Shown here: one piece after another, positions 1 through 10,400 of the stretch
Position numbering within the stretch: the stretch's first letter is position 1
Layout: every line of letters begins with the position of its first letter
NCBI GenBank assembly: GCA_964645485.1
Contig: CAZXZO010000026.1
Location: 1 to 23,745, forward strand
Origin: an uncultured Candidatus Poseidoniales archaeon
GTDB lineage: Archaea > Thermoplasmatota > Poseidoniia > Poseidoniales > Thalassarchaeaceae
Length of the DNA: 23,745 nucleotides
Direction of reading: 5' to 3'
Notes under the pieces: model-generated
What the model saw: the letters and a program-made list of their open reading frames with translations, nothing else
What the model was told of the DNA's origin: nothing
Databases searched by the model: none
Translations under genes and position numbers: made by a program

Positions 1-1069
1 TTGCACCACTACCACCTGATGAACCATTGTGGGCTAATTCAGGTTTTTCTTCTAATAACAGAGCAATACCGCCTGCTACCCAAGCAGTTGCAGCAGATGT
101 ACCTGAAGCATGCGCATATGGCCCATATCGGCTTGGTTCCTTAGATTGCTGTGATGGTGGAATCATAACAGGTACATCTTTCCCAGGTGCGGTGACTTCT
201 GGTTTCATATCCGGATTATTTCGTGGTAATATAGGTGGCAGGGGTAATATGCGACCATTGTTGTCACCTTGACTAGAGCCGGACCAAATCATCCCATTTC
301 GGTCAACACCTCCAACACAAATCACATCTTCAACAGAGCCGGGGCTAGCAACATCCCCATCGTCATTTTCACCGTCGTTACCTGCAGCAGCGACTACAAA
401 TACGCCCTGCGATAAAGCGTCGTTAACTGAATTTTCTAATTCGTCGGTACTACTGAGAATGAAATTAAATCCACCAGCACCACCCAAACTCATAGAAATT
501 ATATCGACTCCTGAATCAACGCACCAATCAACTGCTGCCGCAATTGTCTCATCAACTCCTTCACCTTGTGAATTCATTGCTTTTGCAACATATAAATCGG
601 CATCCGGAGAGACACCTTTCAGCCAACCGTTAGCCCAAATTAGGCCTGCCATTGCAGTCCCATGTCCTTGGTCATCATATGGTGAATCCTGGTTTTGGAT
701 GAAATCCTTCCATCCAGCTAATTGACGGCCCCCAAAATCCTGATGTGAAAGGTCAATCCCGGTATCTATGATACAGATTGTCACCCCTGAACCAGAAGCC
801 GAAACCCCATCAATTCCAGTAATTGTTCTGAAATCACTTTGCCAACTGATATAATCTTCAGGAGGAGGCATATTGGCATTATTGGAGCCATCATAGTTTT
901 GATACCAAACAAATAACATATAACCTGCAGAGAGCAACATAATTACTGAAATTAATGATGAAATTATGGCAGTTATTTGCTTCTTATTTAGAGAAAAAGA
1001 TTTTCTCTGAGGGATGTTTAGTTCTGGCATTTCGGTTGTTGCCCAATCAACTCCGCCTCCTTCAGTCAT
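1..1069 (-). CDS. S8 (subtilisin-like) serine peptidase with N-terminal membrane anchor; 3' end truncated by the window edge
   Basis: Translated by hand; absent from the ORF track because there is no stop in the window. Open frame from ATG 1069 (alternative ATG 1030): MTEGGGVDWATTEMPELNIPQRK..., hydrophobic ITAIISSLISVILLLSAGYMLFVWY. Catalytic motifs: IIDTGID (Asp102, nt 764-766), QGHGTAMAG (His136), AAGNDG (oxyanion Asn), SGTSAATAWVAG (Ser325, nt 95-97). Confidence 0.93.
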   Translation of the reverse strand, partial: MTEGGGVDWATTEMPELNIPQRKSFSLNKKQITAIISSLISVIMLLSAGYMLFVWYQNYDGSNNANMPPPEDYISWQSDFRTITGIDGVSASGSGVTICIIDTGIDLSHQDFGGRQLAGWKDFIQNQDSPYDDQGHGTAMAGLIWANGWLKGVSPDADLYVAKAMNSQGEGVDETIAAAVDWCVDSGVDIISMSLGGAGGFNFILSSTDELENSVNDALSQGVFVVAAAGNDGENDDGDVASPGSVEDVICVGGVDRNGMIWSGSSQGDNNGRILPLPPILPRNNPDMKPEVTAPGKDVPVMIPPSQQSKEPSRYGPYAHASGTSAATAWVAGGIALLLEEKPELAHNGSSGGSGA

Positions 1070-1172
1070 GTTTACCCGATTACATGGCGAATGGCCGGTT
1101 GACTTCAAACCGTCGGAATATATGATTAATTGGCACTCAATTAAGTCAATAATTAGAACGACAAAACTACGT

Positions 1173-2387
1173 TTAACCCAACACCGAAATCGCTTCGCTG
1201 AAAATGTCTACGAATTGCCGTGCTTCTTCTTCGGTGTTGTACAAATATGCAGAAGTTCTCAATGAACCTCCTGCTACTTGCTTAGATTCAAACCAATGAT
1301 TTACACAGTGGAATCCAGAACGAACCATAATCGAACCTGACTCATCTAGAATTATTGCCAAATCATGTACATCAATCCCATCGATTAACATTGATGTCAT
1401 TCCACCACGACAACTAGCCTTTGGTGGACCAATTATAGTGACCTCATCTAAGTCCTTGACACCATCTGTTATTATCTGATTTAATCTGATTTCGTGCTCT
1501 GAAAGCCAATCAAAGTCAACATTTGTTAGATATTCAACTGCCGCCTTAGCACCGGCAATTCCAGCATAATTGGATGAGCCGCCTTCCAAACGAGCCGGGC
1601 CAGTCAGAAACTCTAGATTATTTTTTGATGCTGAAACAACAGTGGTCCCACCTCCACTAACAGTTTCAAGGCTAGCCATCGAATCCTCTTTGGCGAAAAG
1701 TGCGCCAACTCCACTCGGGCCAAGCATTTTGTGCAGACTGAAAGCGAGGTAATCACAATCTAAATCATTCACATTGACCTTATTGTGTGGGATTGCTTGG
1801 GCTGAATCAAGCAATATTTCTGCCCCAAAATCATGAGTGATTTTGGTGATTTCAGATACCGGATTTGTAACCCCATCGAGGTTACTAGTGAAAGGAATCG
1901 AAACTAACCGCAAATTTTCTCCGGCATTGGCGCATGTTTCTTCAAAAGCCTGTAAATCAAAGGTGTTATCTTCATTTGAAGGAACTTGTTGTAGGTCAAT
2001 GACACCTTCTTTTTCTAATTGCAACCAAGGTACAAGGTTGCTATTATGCTCTTTATCACTAGTGATAACTACATCTCCCGGCTTCCACTTAATCCCGTGA
2101 GCAACTTGATTGATTGCTGCTGTGGAATTGAGAGTAAAAACAACCTCCCTAGGTGGTGCTGAAATGAAATCTGCTACGGCCCTGCGCGCCTGAGTAGTCA
2201 TCAAGGTCACGGCCGAGCCCCAACGATGTGGGCTACGCCCACCACAACCAGGAGTCTCTGTGTAGTACGATGTAACTGCATCGACTACAGAATCAGGCCT
2301 CAACGTAGTGCAAGCGTTGTCAAGATAACAAACAGGATTTTCTTTCCTCAACGGTGAAAAATCTTCTCTAAATCTATTTGGTGGCAT
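1173..2387 (-). CDS. sufS: Cysteine desulfurase, SufS/CsdA-like (class V PLP-dependent aminotransferase)
   Basis: YLDNACTT, HNSNLVPW, LLDSAQ, FSLHKMLGPSGVG (PLP lysine) and RSGFHC (variant of the group II RxGHHC catalytic Cys motif). GGTGA ribosome-binding site just upstream, overlapping the stop of the preceding gene. Exact orthology (SufS vs other Csd) is not determinable here. Confidence 0.9.
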   Translation of the reverse strand: MPPNRFREDFSPLRKENPVCYLDNACTTLRPDSVVDAVTSYYTETPGCGGRSPHRWGSAVTLMTTQARRAVADFISAPPREVVFTLNSTAAINQVAHGIKWKPGDVVITSDKEHNSNLVPWLQLEKEGVIDLQQVPSNEDNTFDLQAFEETCANAGENLRLVSIPFTSNLDGVTNPVSEITKITHDFGAEILLDSAQAIPHNKVNVNDLDCDYLAFSLHKMLGPSGVGALFAKEDSMASLETVSGGGTTVVSASKNNLEFLTGPARLEGGSSNYAGIAGAKAAVEYLTNVDFDWLSEHEIRLNQIITDGVKDLDEVTIIGPPKASCRGGMTSMLIDGIDVHDLAIILDESGSIMVRSGFHCVNHWFESKQVAGGSLRTSAYLYNTEEEARQFVDIFSEAISVLG

Positions 2388-2391
2388 ATTT

Positions 2392-3540
2392 TCACCATGC
2401 TTCTTGGTCAGGTAAGTGGTTGCTTATTGGAGCACTACTTCCACAACCGGTACAAGTTAATCGATTTGGGAATACTGAGGAACAATCTGTGCATCTCTCT
2501 CCTGGACCGCCTATTCCTTGGCATTCATCTGTCTCACAAGCCACCTCTAAAACACCCGTGGGAAGACGAGTGACTGGCGTGGCATCACCACAAGACGGGC
2601 ATTCCCCGTGTTGACCCTCAAGAGTTTCCCCTTCGCCTCGTAATTTACGGCTCACTTCACGGGCGCGGTCACTCTCAATCTCTTGACCTGTTGCGCCAAG
2701 CATCATTTGGGGATACCAAAGAAGATGTATCAAAGCCCATACACACAAAGTTCCAGAAAAGAAGTATAAGAAACGATAAATTGCCATCCCTGATGAATCA
2801 CGAAATGCCACAGAATGAGCGCCAAACCATCCATTAATGACAACTAACAAGCCCCATACCACTAGAATTAACACCCATGCTTGCAGGCTGTGGTCTCGGA
2901 TTGCATCTTGCATTTTCCTTGGGTCTGGGTGACTATGTTGAGTTACTACATGCAGGTCACGAGTTTGCACAACGGCTTGCCAGGTATTAAAACTCAAAAA
3001 TCCAAGGACGGCTACCCCAAGAATCAAACCCATGAAATTGAAAATGGTGGCACCAAATGGGAAATTTGGAGCACCTGCAATTGAAACCACTAATCCAGCC
3101 TGAACCGAAACCCATCCCACAAAAAGATAGATGGTTTTTTCCCGCATTAATGGGTATTCAGAGAGGATTCTCATGATGAAAAGAGCCCATAAAGAGAAAC
3201 TTGTAATCATCATCGCAAAAGCTTGCCACTCAATATCTGCAATGCCATCAACTCCGACAGCCCATATATTGCCTCCACCTGATAATTCACCGCTTGAGAG
3301 GTCTGAAGAACCAGTAAAGAAAGCCAAAGAGCCGATTACCAGCGTTATGAATGATTTACGGCTCCAGGTTTCTCTTGCCTTTTTGTAATGAAATGATAGT
3401 TCTACTTTCAGGTCGTGGAGTGGGACTAACCAAGGTTGGCTGACTGAAAGATGTTGGTCGAGTCGCATGTTAGAGAGCCGCATACCAGTATGCATCTGCT
3501 CACCTGTAGCCTGCTCAGACTCAGGCTCCTCTTCCTCCAT
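2392..3540 (-). CDS. Hypothetical polytopic membrane protein (~7-8 TM) with C-terminal 8-Cys double-zinc-ribbon-like domain
   Basis: 382-aa ORF with many hydrophobic segments, then CPSC-x15-CETDEC-x9-CTDC-x9-CTGC. Stop is 4 nt upstream of the desulfurase ATG, consistent with an operon. Confidence 0.85.
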   Translation of the reverse strand: MEEEEPESEQATGEQMHTGMRLSNMRLDQHLSVSQPWLVPLHDLKVELSFHYKKARETWSRKSFITLVIGSLAFFTGSSDLSSGELSGGGNIWAVGVDGIADIEWQAFAMMITSFSLWALFIMRILSEYPLMREKTIYLFVGWVSVQAGLVVSIAGAPNFPFGATIFNFMGLILGVAVLGFLSFNTWQAVVQTRDLHVVTQHSHPDPRKMQDAIRDHSLQAWVLILVVWGLLVVINGWFGAHSVAFRDSSGMAIYRFLYFFSGTLCVWALIHLLWYPQMMLGATGQEIESDRAREVSRKLRGEGETLEGQHGECPSCGDATPVTRLPTGVLEVACETDECQGIGGPGERCTDCSSVFPNRLTCTGCGSSAPISNHLPDQEAW

Positions 3541-3635
3541 GTGTTGCCCGAGGATTAATCAGCCATTAAGAGGGCACCCTAATTTGAATTGAGATTCAGT
3601 GTTTTCAACAAAATTAATTGAACCGGATTATCCTG

Positions 3636-3641
3636 AAAAAA
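3636..3641 (-). terminator. Oligo-T tract downstream of tRNA-Thr (archaeal-type intrinsic terminator candidate)
   Basis: Minus strand reads ...GGCT CC TTTTTT immediately after the tRNA discriminator base. Confidence 0.5.
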
Positions 3642-3643
3642 GG

Positions 3644-3715
3644 AGCCACTGGCGTGAATTGAACACGCGACCTCCTCATTACCAATGAGGTGCTATACCG
3701 CTAAGCCACAGTGGC
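3644..3715 (-). tRNA. tRNA-Thr (anticodon GGT), intronless, CCA not encoded
   Basis: GCCACTG/CAGTGGC acceptor stem, GCT/AGC D-stem, CCTCA-TTGGTAA-TGAGG anticodon arm, GCGTG-TTCAATT-CACGC T-arm, discriminator T. Confidence 0.97.
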
Positions 3716-3740
3716 AGTAATGCGGCGACCGGAGGGGCTG

Positions 3741-3746
3741 ATTTAA
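3741..3746 (-). promoter_or_regulatory. TATA-box candidate for tRNA-Thr
   Basis: TTAAAT on the minus strand 26-31 nt upstream of the tRNA 5' end, the usual archaeal TATA spacing. Confidence 0.55.
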
Positions 3747-3832
3747 CGATGTCCATGTGGCTTGATCTCAAATCAATCACGTACTCTTCAATCGTCACCA
3801 TGAAAGGCAGGACATCACTCGGCCGCTTCGCA

Positions 3833-3915
3833 GCCGAGATCGCATAGCCTGGTATCGCGCGTGACTGGAAATCACGTGGGTTCGTCCCGCGAGAGTTCAA
3901 ATCTCTCTCTCGGCG
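3833..3915 (+). tRNA. tRNA-Ser (anticodon GGA) with long variable arm, intronless, CCA not encoded
   Basis: GCCGAGA/TCTCGGC acceptor stem, CGTGA-CTGGAAA-TCACG anticodon arm, GGG-TTCGT-CCC variable arm, GAGAG-TTCAAAT-CTCTC T-arm, discriminator G. The D-stem has one apparent A.C mismatch. Confidence 0.96.
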
Positions 3916-4225
3916 CTTAATAGCAGATTGAATCCAAGCCGAGAGAAGATTTGAACCTAGCGAGATTTCAGATTTTATTGACTCAATTGAAATCTCGCGA
4001 CGGTTTAGAAATGGACTGAGGAACGTAGTTCCGAGGGAATTTCTAGAACAGAAAGGAATGTCTCTCGGCGCTTAATAGCAGATTGAATCTAAGCCGAGAG
4101 AAGATTTGAACCAAGCGAGATTTCCGATTTTATTGACTCAATTGAAATCTCGCGGAGGTTTGGAAATTGACTGAGGAACGTAGTTCCGAGGGAATTTCTA
4201 GAACAGAAAGAAATCTCTCTCCGCG
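3906..4225. repeat. tRNA-Ser-anchored 155-bp tandem repeat (2 full copies plus a degenerate start of a third)
   Basis: Copy 1 is 3906-4060 and copy 2 is 4061-4215; 9 mismatches by manual alignment (146/155). Each starts with TCTCTCGGCG, the last 10 nt of the tRNA. TCTCTCCGCG follows at 4216-4225. Confidence 0.95.
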
Positions 4226-4386
4226 TCATCCTTTCCATACGGAATGAAAATGGGAAACGGGACTAGAGGCCCTAGAACGCAAAGAAAACACTGCCGATGT
4301 AATTTGAACTCGTGTTTCAAATCAAAAAGGTAGAATTAAGGATAAACTCGATAATATCACACCAAAAAACGATGGAATCCCAACTT

Positions 4387-4403
4387 ACGCCCCTTAGGGG
4401 CGT
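4387..4403. promoter_or_regulatory. Palindrome ACGCCCC-TTA-GGGGCGT upstream of the giant surface-protein gene
   Basis: Perfect 7-bp inverted repeat centred 73 nt upstream of ATG 4468; function unknown. Confidence 0.35.
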
Positions 4404-4467
4404 GATAGAATTGAGAAGGGAGGATTGAAGGACTTTAACAAACCGCAATGCATGTGGAGAGGAGCCC

Positions 4468-7400
4468 ATGTCAACCCAGCGAACAACCCGATTTAAGGTA
4501 ATACTAATCCTTGGTCTGATGATTTTAACCCCACTTAGTGCAGCAGATTTGAGCCAATATTCAGGGCCAAATGTAGTTGCTTCCTCAGGAAATACAAGGA
4601 CTGTTGATGGTTGGTCAGTACCGGGTAACTCGACAATTCTTGATGGCTGGCTAAATGTTGAATCAGGAAATTTCCCTAGTTTGGGGAATGGAAGCGGTTG
4701 GGATGGGGGAACAGCCAACGCTAACTTCTCCTTGGGCACCTACCTTGACACCACTTCAACCCACTTTGACGAATTACTCTCTCTCAGTACGAATGGCTCG
4801 TACGGAAATATTGACGAATTTAACAGCCCACCACTCCTAAGTTTGGCATCCGGAATTTATACCGGTGGCACTGGAGTAACATGGTTGCCCACAGACCTGA
4901 ATTATTCGGGGATGCCAGCAACTGGCGGCGGAAATACAGTAACCAACGGAACAATCCCTGCAACTGCAACCGAAGGAAATTTAGTTGTTGGAACTAATCC
5001 GAATGGCGGTGTTCCAGCCGGCAGTAATTCATGGATTTCAGGCGATCCAATCACCTTACCCTCACCAATTGCAAATTTCACTTTTGAGTTTGACCACTGG
5101 TATCACATTCACACTCCGTCAAACATCAATGGAAATATGGATGGCGTTTGGGTGGAATATCGTTTAGATTCCGGAAATTGGACTTGGATGGAACCGGTAT
5201 CTGGTTACAACAATACGATTTCACCAAATGCATCAGTTCCATCAGGCACGACTGCAAATGGAACAAATGGATTCCCTGTTTGGGCAAAAACCGCTTACAG
5301 TGGATGGGAGCACTCTGTTTTTGAATTAGATAACTTGACTGGAATCAACAATGCAACGCAGATTGAATTCCGCTTCCGCATCTGGACCGACACCAACAGC
5401 ACTGTTAGACCTGGCTGGTATATTGATAACATCACAACCCAAAACATCGGTTCTGGCATGGGATTCTGGCACCATGGTTGTTATGTTTCAACTGGGACTT
5501 GTGGCTACTCAAACAATGCGGTTGCGGCTCTTCAACTAAATCAACCAATGAATCTCTCCGGGGTAACGGGAAACCCAATTCTCAGGTCACACTTAGAATG
5601 GGATTTGGAGGGCTCAGGTTGGGATAATTTCTGTGTTGAACTTTCCTTAAACAACAATACATGGGTGGATATTTCAAGCACATCAAACGCCACTACCACT
5701 GCTTGCCGCAGTAGAGCCGGTGCGATACCAGGTAATGGTTATACAATTGGCACAACCACATATGGTGATGAAACAAATGCTTTGATTGACCTTGATTTAG
5801 CAATCCCTGCTGCCTTCCACAACCAATCAAATGTTTACCTTCGATATCGTGTTGACACTGACGGTTCGGTAACAAATGGTGGAATCTTAGATGGCCAAGA
5901 GGGGTTAACCCTTGACCGCATACAAGTTCGGTCTAGTAGTGCTAACAATTCTACAATCCATTTTGATGACCATCTGACCAATTCTGGTACGATGTTCCAT
6001 TACGGGATTGGTACCACAGTTGATGATTGGGGATACGTCATAATTGGAGCAGGTGGATTACATATGAGTTACGGATTTGAGGATTCACCCACAATGCCGC
6101 CGGGAGGATGGAATGTTGTGGATATTGGTTCAGGTGACGTTTGGGAGTATGGACAATTGCCAACAGGAGGTTTTGTTGGCCCGACATCTTGGTCAACTGG
6201 AAATTATGGTTTTGCCACTGACTTAGATAGCGATTATGATGGCAGCACAATAACACATCTGTTTTCCCCCGGATACATGATTCCGTTAGGAGCAAGTGCT
6301 CGTTTGAGTTTTGACCAATGGCGCATAGCAGAATCGGGTTATGATGGGGGAGCGGTATTCATCAGTGTGAACAATGGTTCTTGGCAATATTTTGACCCTG
6401 TGATGCCTAATGGAAGTTCGTGGTATGATGGTGCCCAAAATGGATTTGGAGGACATTTACTTGCCAACTTAGATGTCTTTGATGGTAGGCAATTCCCCGG
6501 AACAGTCCCATGGGAAACAACCACCGCAGACCTCTCAAACTACAGTGGGTCTCACGTCGAATTCAGATTCACATTTGCCTCTGACTCAATCATCAATGAG
6601 GCGGGATGGTATCTTGATAATATTGGAGTCGAAGTTGATTTCTTCGAGAATAGTGGTACTTGGTTGAGTCCAACAATAACTCTAGATGAACTAGGAAATG
6701 GATTTGTTGATGTTTCAGCATTAACACCAAATGGAACTTATGTGACGGGAACAATCACTGATTCTGCAGGAAATGCATTTGATGGATATGACAACCTTAC
6801 ATTCCCGATTTCACTTGCTGGCATTGACCGAGATATTTACCCGACTGCCAAAGTACAATTGAACATGGGAACAAACGACCCGTTTATCTCACCACTAGTG
6901 ACCGATGTACACTTCGGCGCAGTACGATACTTTGCCGGGCTTGATGCACAGAATGGGTGGGATATTGACAACGGACTTGTGCTTGCCAACGGTAACTGGA
7001 CAAACCCAACTGCAAGTCCTCTAACAATAAGAGGCGATTTTGTAACCTCGACTTCGCCAATTAAAAATGTAAACATCTCAGGTGTTGGGACCGGTGTAAC
7101 GGTTCAACTCATTGATAGTATGGGCACAATCATTGGTAATTCCGCTCTCAACAACTTAATCTCATTCACAACACCTGAACCTGGATACGGCCTTCAATTC
7201 AGCATTGCTTCTTCGGGTTCGTTAACTCGGGCGATTGGGGAGGGAGCATTTGGACAACCTACCTTGAATCCAGAAATTGATGTCACGGAAGATGGAACAA
7301 TTGATTGGACCTTCCCGACATCACCAAACTTCGGACATTACGGCTGGCAGTCATACATTTATTCATCTGATGCAGCAGGACAAACCGTTTCAGGAACAAC

Positions 7401-10400
7401 CAGTTCTAGCGTCACATCTACAGCCACTGGAAGTGGAATTGAAGTCTTAATTCCAGAAGATGCTGTTGTCAACGCAGGTGCGATTACTTTCGCTCCTGAT
7501 GCAAGCACAACCAGTAGTATGATATTGAGTGTTGCAGGAATACAATCTGTTCCATACAACAGCGGGCTGTCAGAAATTACCTTCGCCTCTTTAGATTCGT
7601 CGATGATTTCAGCAATCAATAGTCTTGCAACCACATATACAGACCCTGGAACAGGTCGGGATTGGAAAGTTGTAGAAATTGATTTCACATCGAGCCTCTC
7701 TCAATCTATTGATGTATTGAGCGTATCAATTGGCTATGATTTGACTGAAAATGTCACAGGTCTAGGTCAGCAGATGTTTGACTACCATGCTGCTCAACTT
7801 GCTGGAAGTATCCCAGCAACTGTTGACATACCACTGTCATTTGTATCAGATGCTGGAGCAGTTGGCCTAGATGGTGGAATTATTCATGAATTGATGATTA
7901 CTAATCTGCCGTTTACGGCACCTGACACAATGTATCCTGATGGCCAAGTTTACGAAATTACAACTAGGCATCGCCATCTTACAGACAATAACCAAATTGG
8001 TGAAGTGATGTTGATTGGTACAGCATCTGATGGTGAACTGCTAACATGGCACGTAGATGACCTTTCTAATGGTGGAAATTTCGTTAGCAATGGTAGCACA
8101 ATGGCAACTCTTCTCCCCTCATCAACAGTGGCACTGGTCGGTGGCGAGTGGGTAGTAACATGGAGATTTGAAATCACTTGGTTCTGGGATGATGTTGACC
8201 AAATTGATTGGATGACAAAGGCGCTCAACCTTACTGGAGATGGATTGGCACCAGCCTTCGCAATGTCAGGGGGACCTGGCAAAAATGCAATTGAAAACGA
8301 CTTGCAAATCGACCAACTTGAAGTCCGAGACCAATTTGATAGAATAATCGCAATCAATTGGAATGAAGATTTCTACGCAGCAGGTGGGTCAGACATTTTT
8401 GTTTCCGGTTCAGTTCGATTCCAGGACAATGCAAACTTGCGTCCGCTAAACGATGCATATTCAGTAGCCATTAATCTCTCTGGCACGGAATACCCTGCAA
8501 ATAGCCATGACAACGGTTCATTCAGCCTAACTCTAACCCTACCAAACAACGGGTCGTTCAACACTTTAACCTCAAGAATTGTGCGCGTGGGACCGGCGAG
8601 TGGAGCATTTGGTGGCGAGGATAAATCTAACCCAATGGGGACAGTTGAAATAATCACAGATGTTGAAAATCCAACAAGTGAATTATTCCAAGTATTGACA
8701 ACTAACGGGCTTCTTGACGCTAACGGCCATGTTTGGGACCCATATGATTCATTGACACTTCATTTAACAGTCAGTGATGTACAAGCACTTGGAGATGACA
8801 TCACCCTTCACTACTGGAGAGAAGGTACTAGTGATGACAGCAATGGAGACGGAATTGCTGATGAGAATGAGTACCAAACAATGACTCGGCCAATCTCAAT
8901 GCCGGGCAATTCAAATGAACAGCAGATGCAATTCACTGGCTTTGACTTATCTTCAATGGCCGATAATAGTATGCTTAGCCTTTACATTTCAGGAACTGAT
9001 TGGGCTGGACTTCCAATAGAAAGTTCCGGTATGCCGGGCTTAGATAATGACAAAGCCACAATGGTAATTGGCATAGAATCTGATACTGTTTTATTGGAAA
9101 ACTCATTCACCTTGAATACCATTAATGACCATCTTTTAGTCGGCCAAAACCACCAAATTTCAATGGTGATAGAAGATGGAAACGGTATCCATACCATCGA
9201 TGAAATTATCATTTATCTGACCGGACAATCATCAGCCCCAGCAGGCGAAATCCACATTGACCCAAGAGAGTCTACTGCCTCATCACCCTTTGGTAGTTCC
9301 ATCAACATAGGCGATGTAAGCATTGAAGAGTTGGATGAATCATCCAGCAGAGTCACCCTTAACTTCGCCTTGGATTGGCAATTCCCATCAACATTTGCAG
9401 GTAACTGGATGAACCCTGGGGTTCACGTTATTGATGATACTCAAACCGTTGCCAATATCAATAATATTGGAGATTTGAGGTGGAAATTGGACAACCAATT
9501 AACCGTAGATATTGACATGTTACATGACTTATCAGACCCTATTTCTGAGTCGAATGATTCAAAACTTTTCCTTGGTAAAGGTGATATTTTTGCCCTCACA
9601 GGTGAGGTGATTTATGCTGGTTCAGGAGCACCTATTGTTGAAATTCCAGAGAATTTACAATTATGGACAGTAATGGTTGCGAATGGTGTTACATCAGAGG
9701 CAACAATTGATTTGACAGAATCTTACTTCAATACGACTTTAGAGGTTCCAGTCGGATTCCCATCAACCAATGATTTACCTGTCACCTTAGAAATTCTAAA
9801 CGTCCCCGGGGAGGGCGGTTCAATACCTTACACAGACATTTCTCTTACAATAGACAGTACACCACCTGTTGCAGAATTCCTCCCTGGCATCCTTGCAAGC
9901 GTCGAAACAGACCGCCTTACAACTGTTGATGTTCGGATTAATGTTGTAGAGTCAGGCGGTATGTCTGATGACGGTGTTGAAATTCATTGGGTGTATCGTC
10001 GAGGCGGCCTCAATCTCCCGGGGAGTAGCGATTCAACAATAATGGAAAAAGACACTGTGATTGGAGATATCTGGTCTTATTCCTCATTAATTGATATGAC
10101 CCCCCCCGCCCATATTGAACTACAAGAGGGAGACCAATTGGTGGTGTGGTTAGTAGGTTCTGACCGTGCTGGAAATGATTTATTTGGTGAAGGAACAGCA
10201 GATTCACCTCGTGCCCCACAATTAATTATCAGAATTTTTGAGCCTGTCGTATCCAAGGTCGAAATCGATGATTTAAACCCTCCAATGGGCAAAAATGTGT
10301 TCATTCAAACAACAATTAGAAACGATGGAACAACGATGGGAGATACAAATGTCACACTAATTGAAGAATTAGATGATGGGTCATTCCAGTACTACGAATC

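Noticed and set aside
3679-3900. 73-aa minus-strand ORF
   Set aside because: Overlaps both tRNA genes; shadow ORF.
3906-4225. CRISPR array
   Set aside because: Units are 155 bp and near-identical along their whole length, with no unique spacers and no cas genes in the window.
3833-4467. Integrated provirus or island at tRNA-Ser (attL/attR)
   Set aside because: The tRNA 3' duplications are only 155 and about 310 bp away and enclose no ORF. There is no integrase, and no distant att copy was seen. The partial matches near 18460 (CTCTCGGCG) and 18542 (CCAGTGGCTC) are 9-10 nt and may be chance.
4317-4739. 140-aa minus-strand ORF
   Set aside because: Antisense to the start of the giant gene, with no recognisable motifs; shadow ORF.
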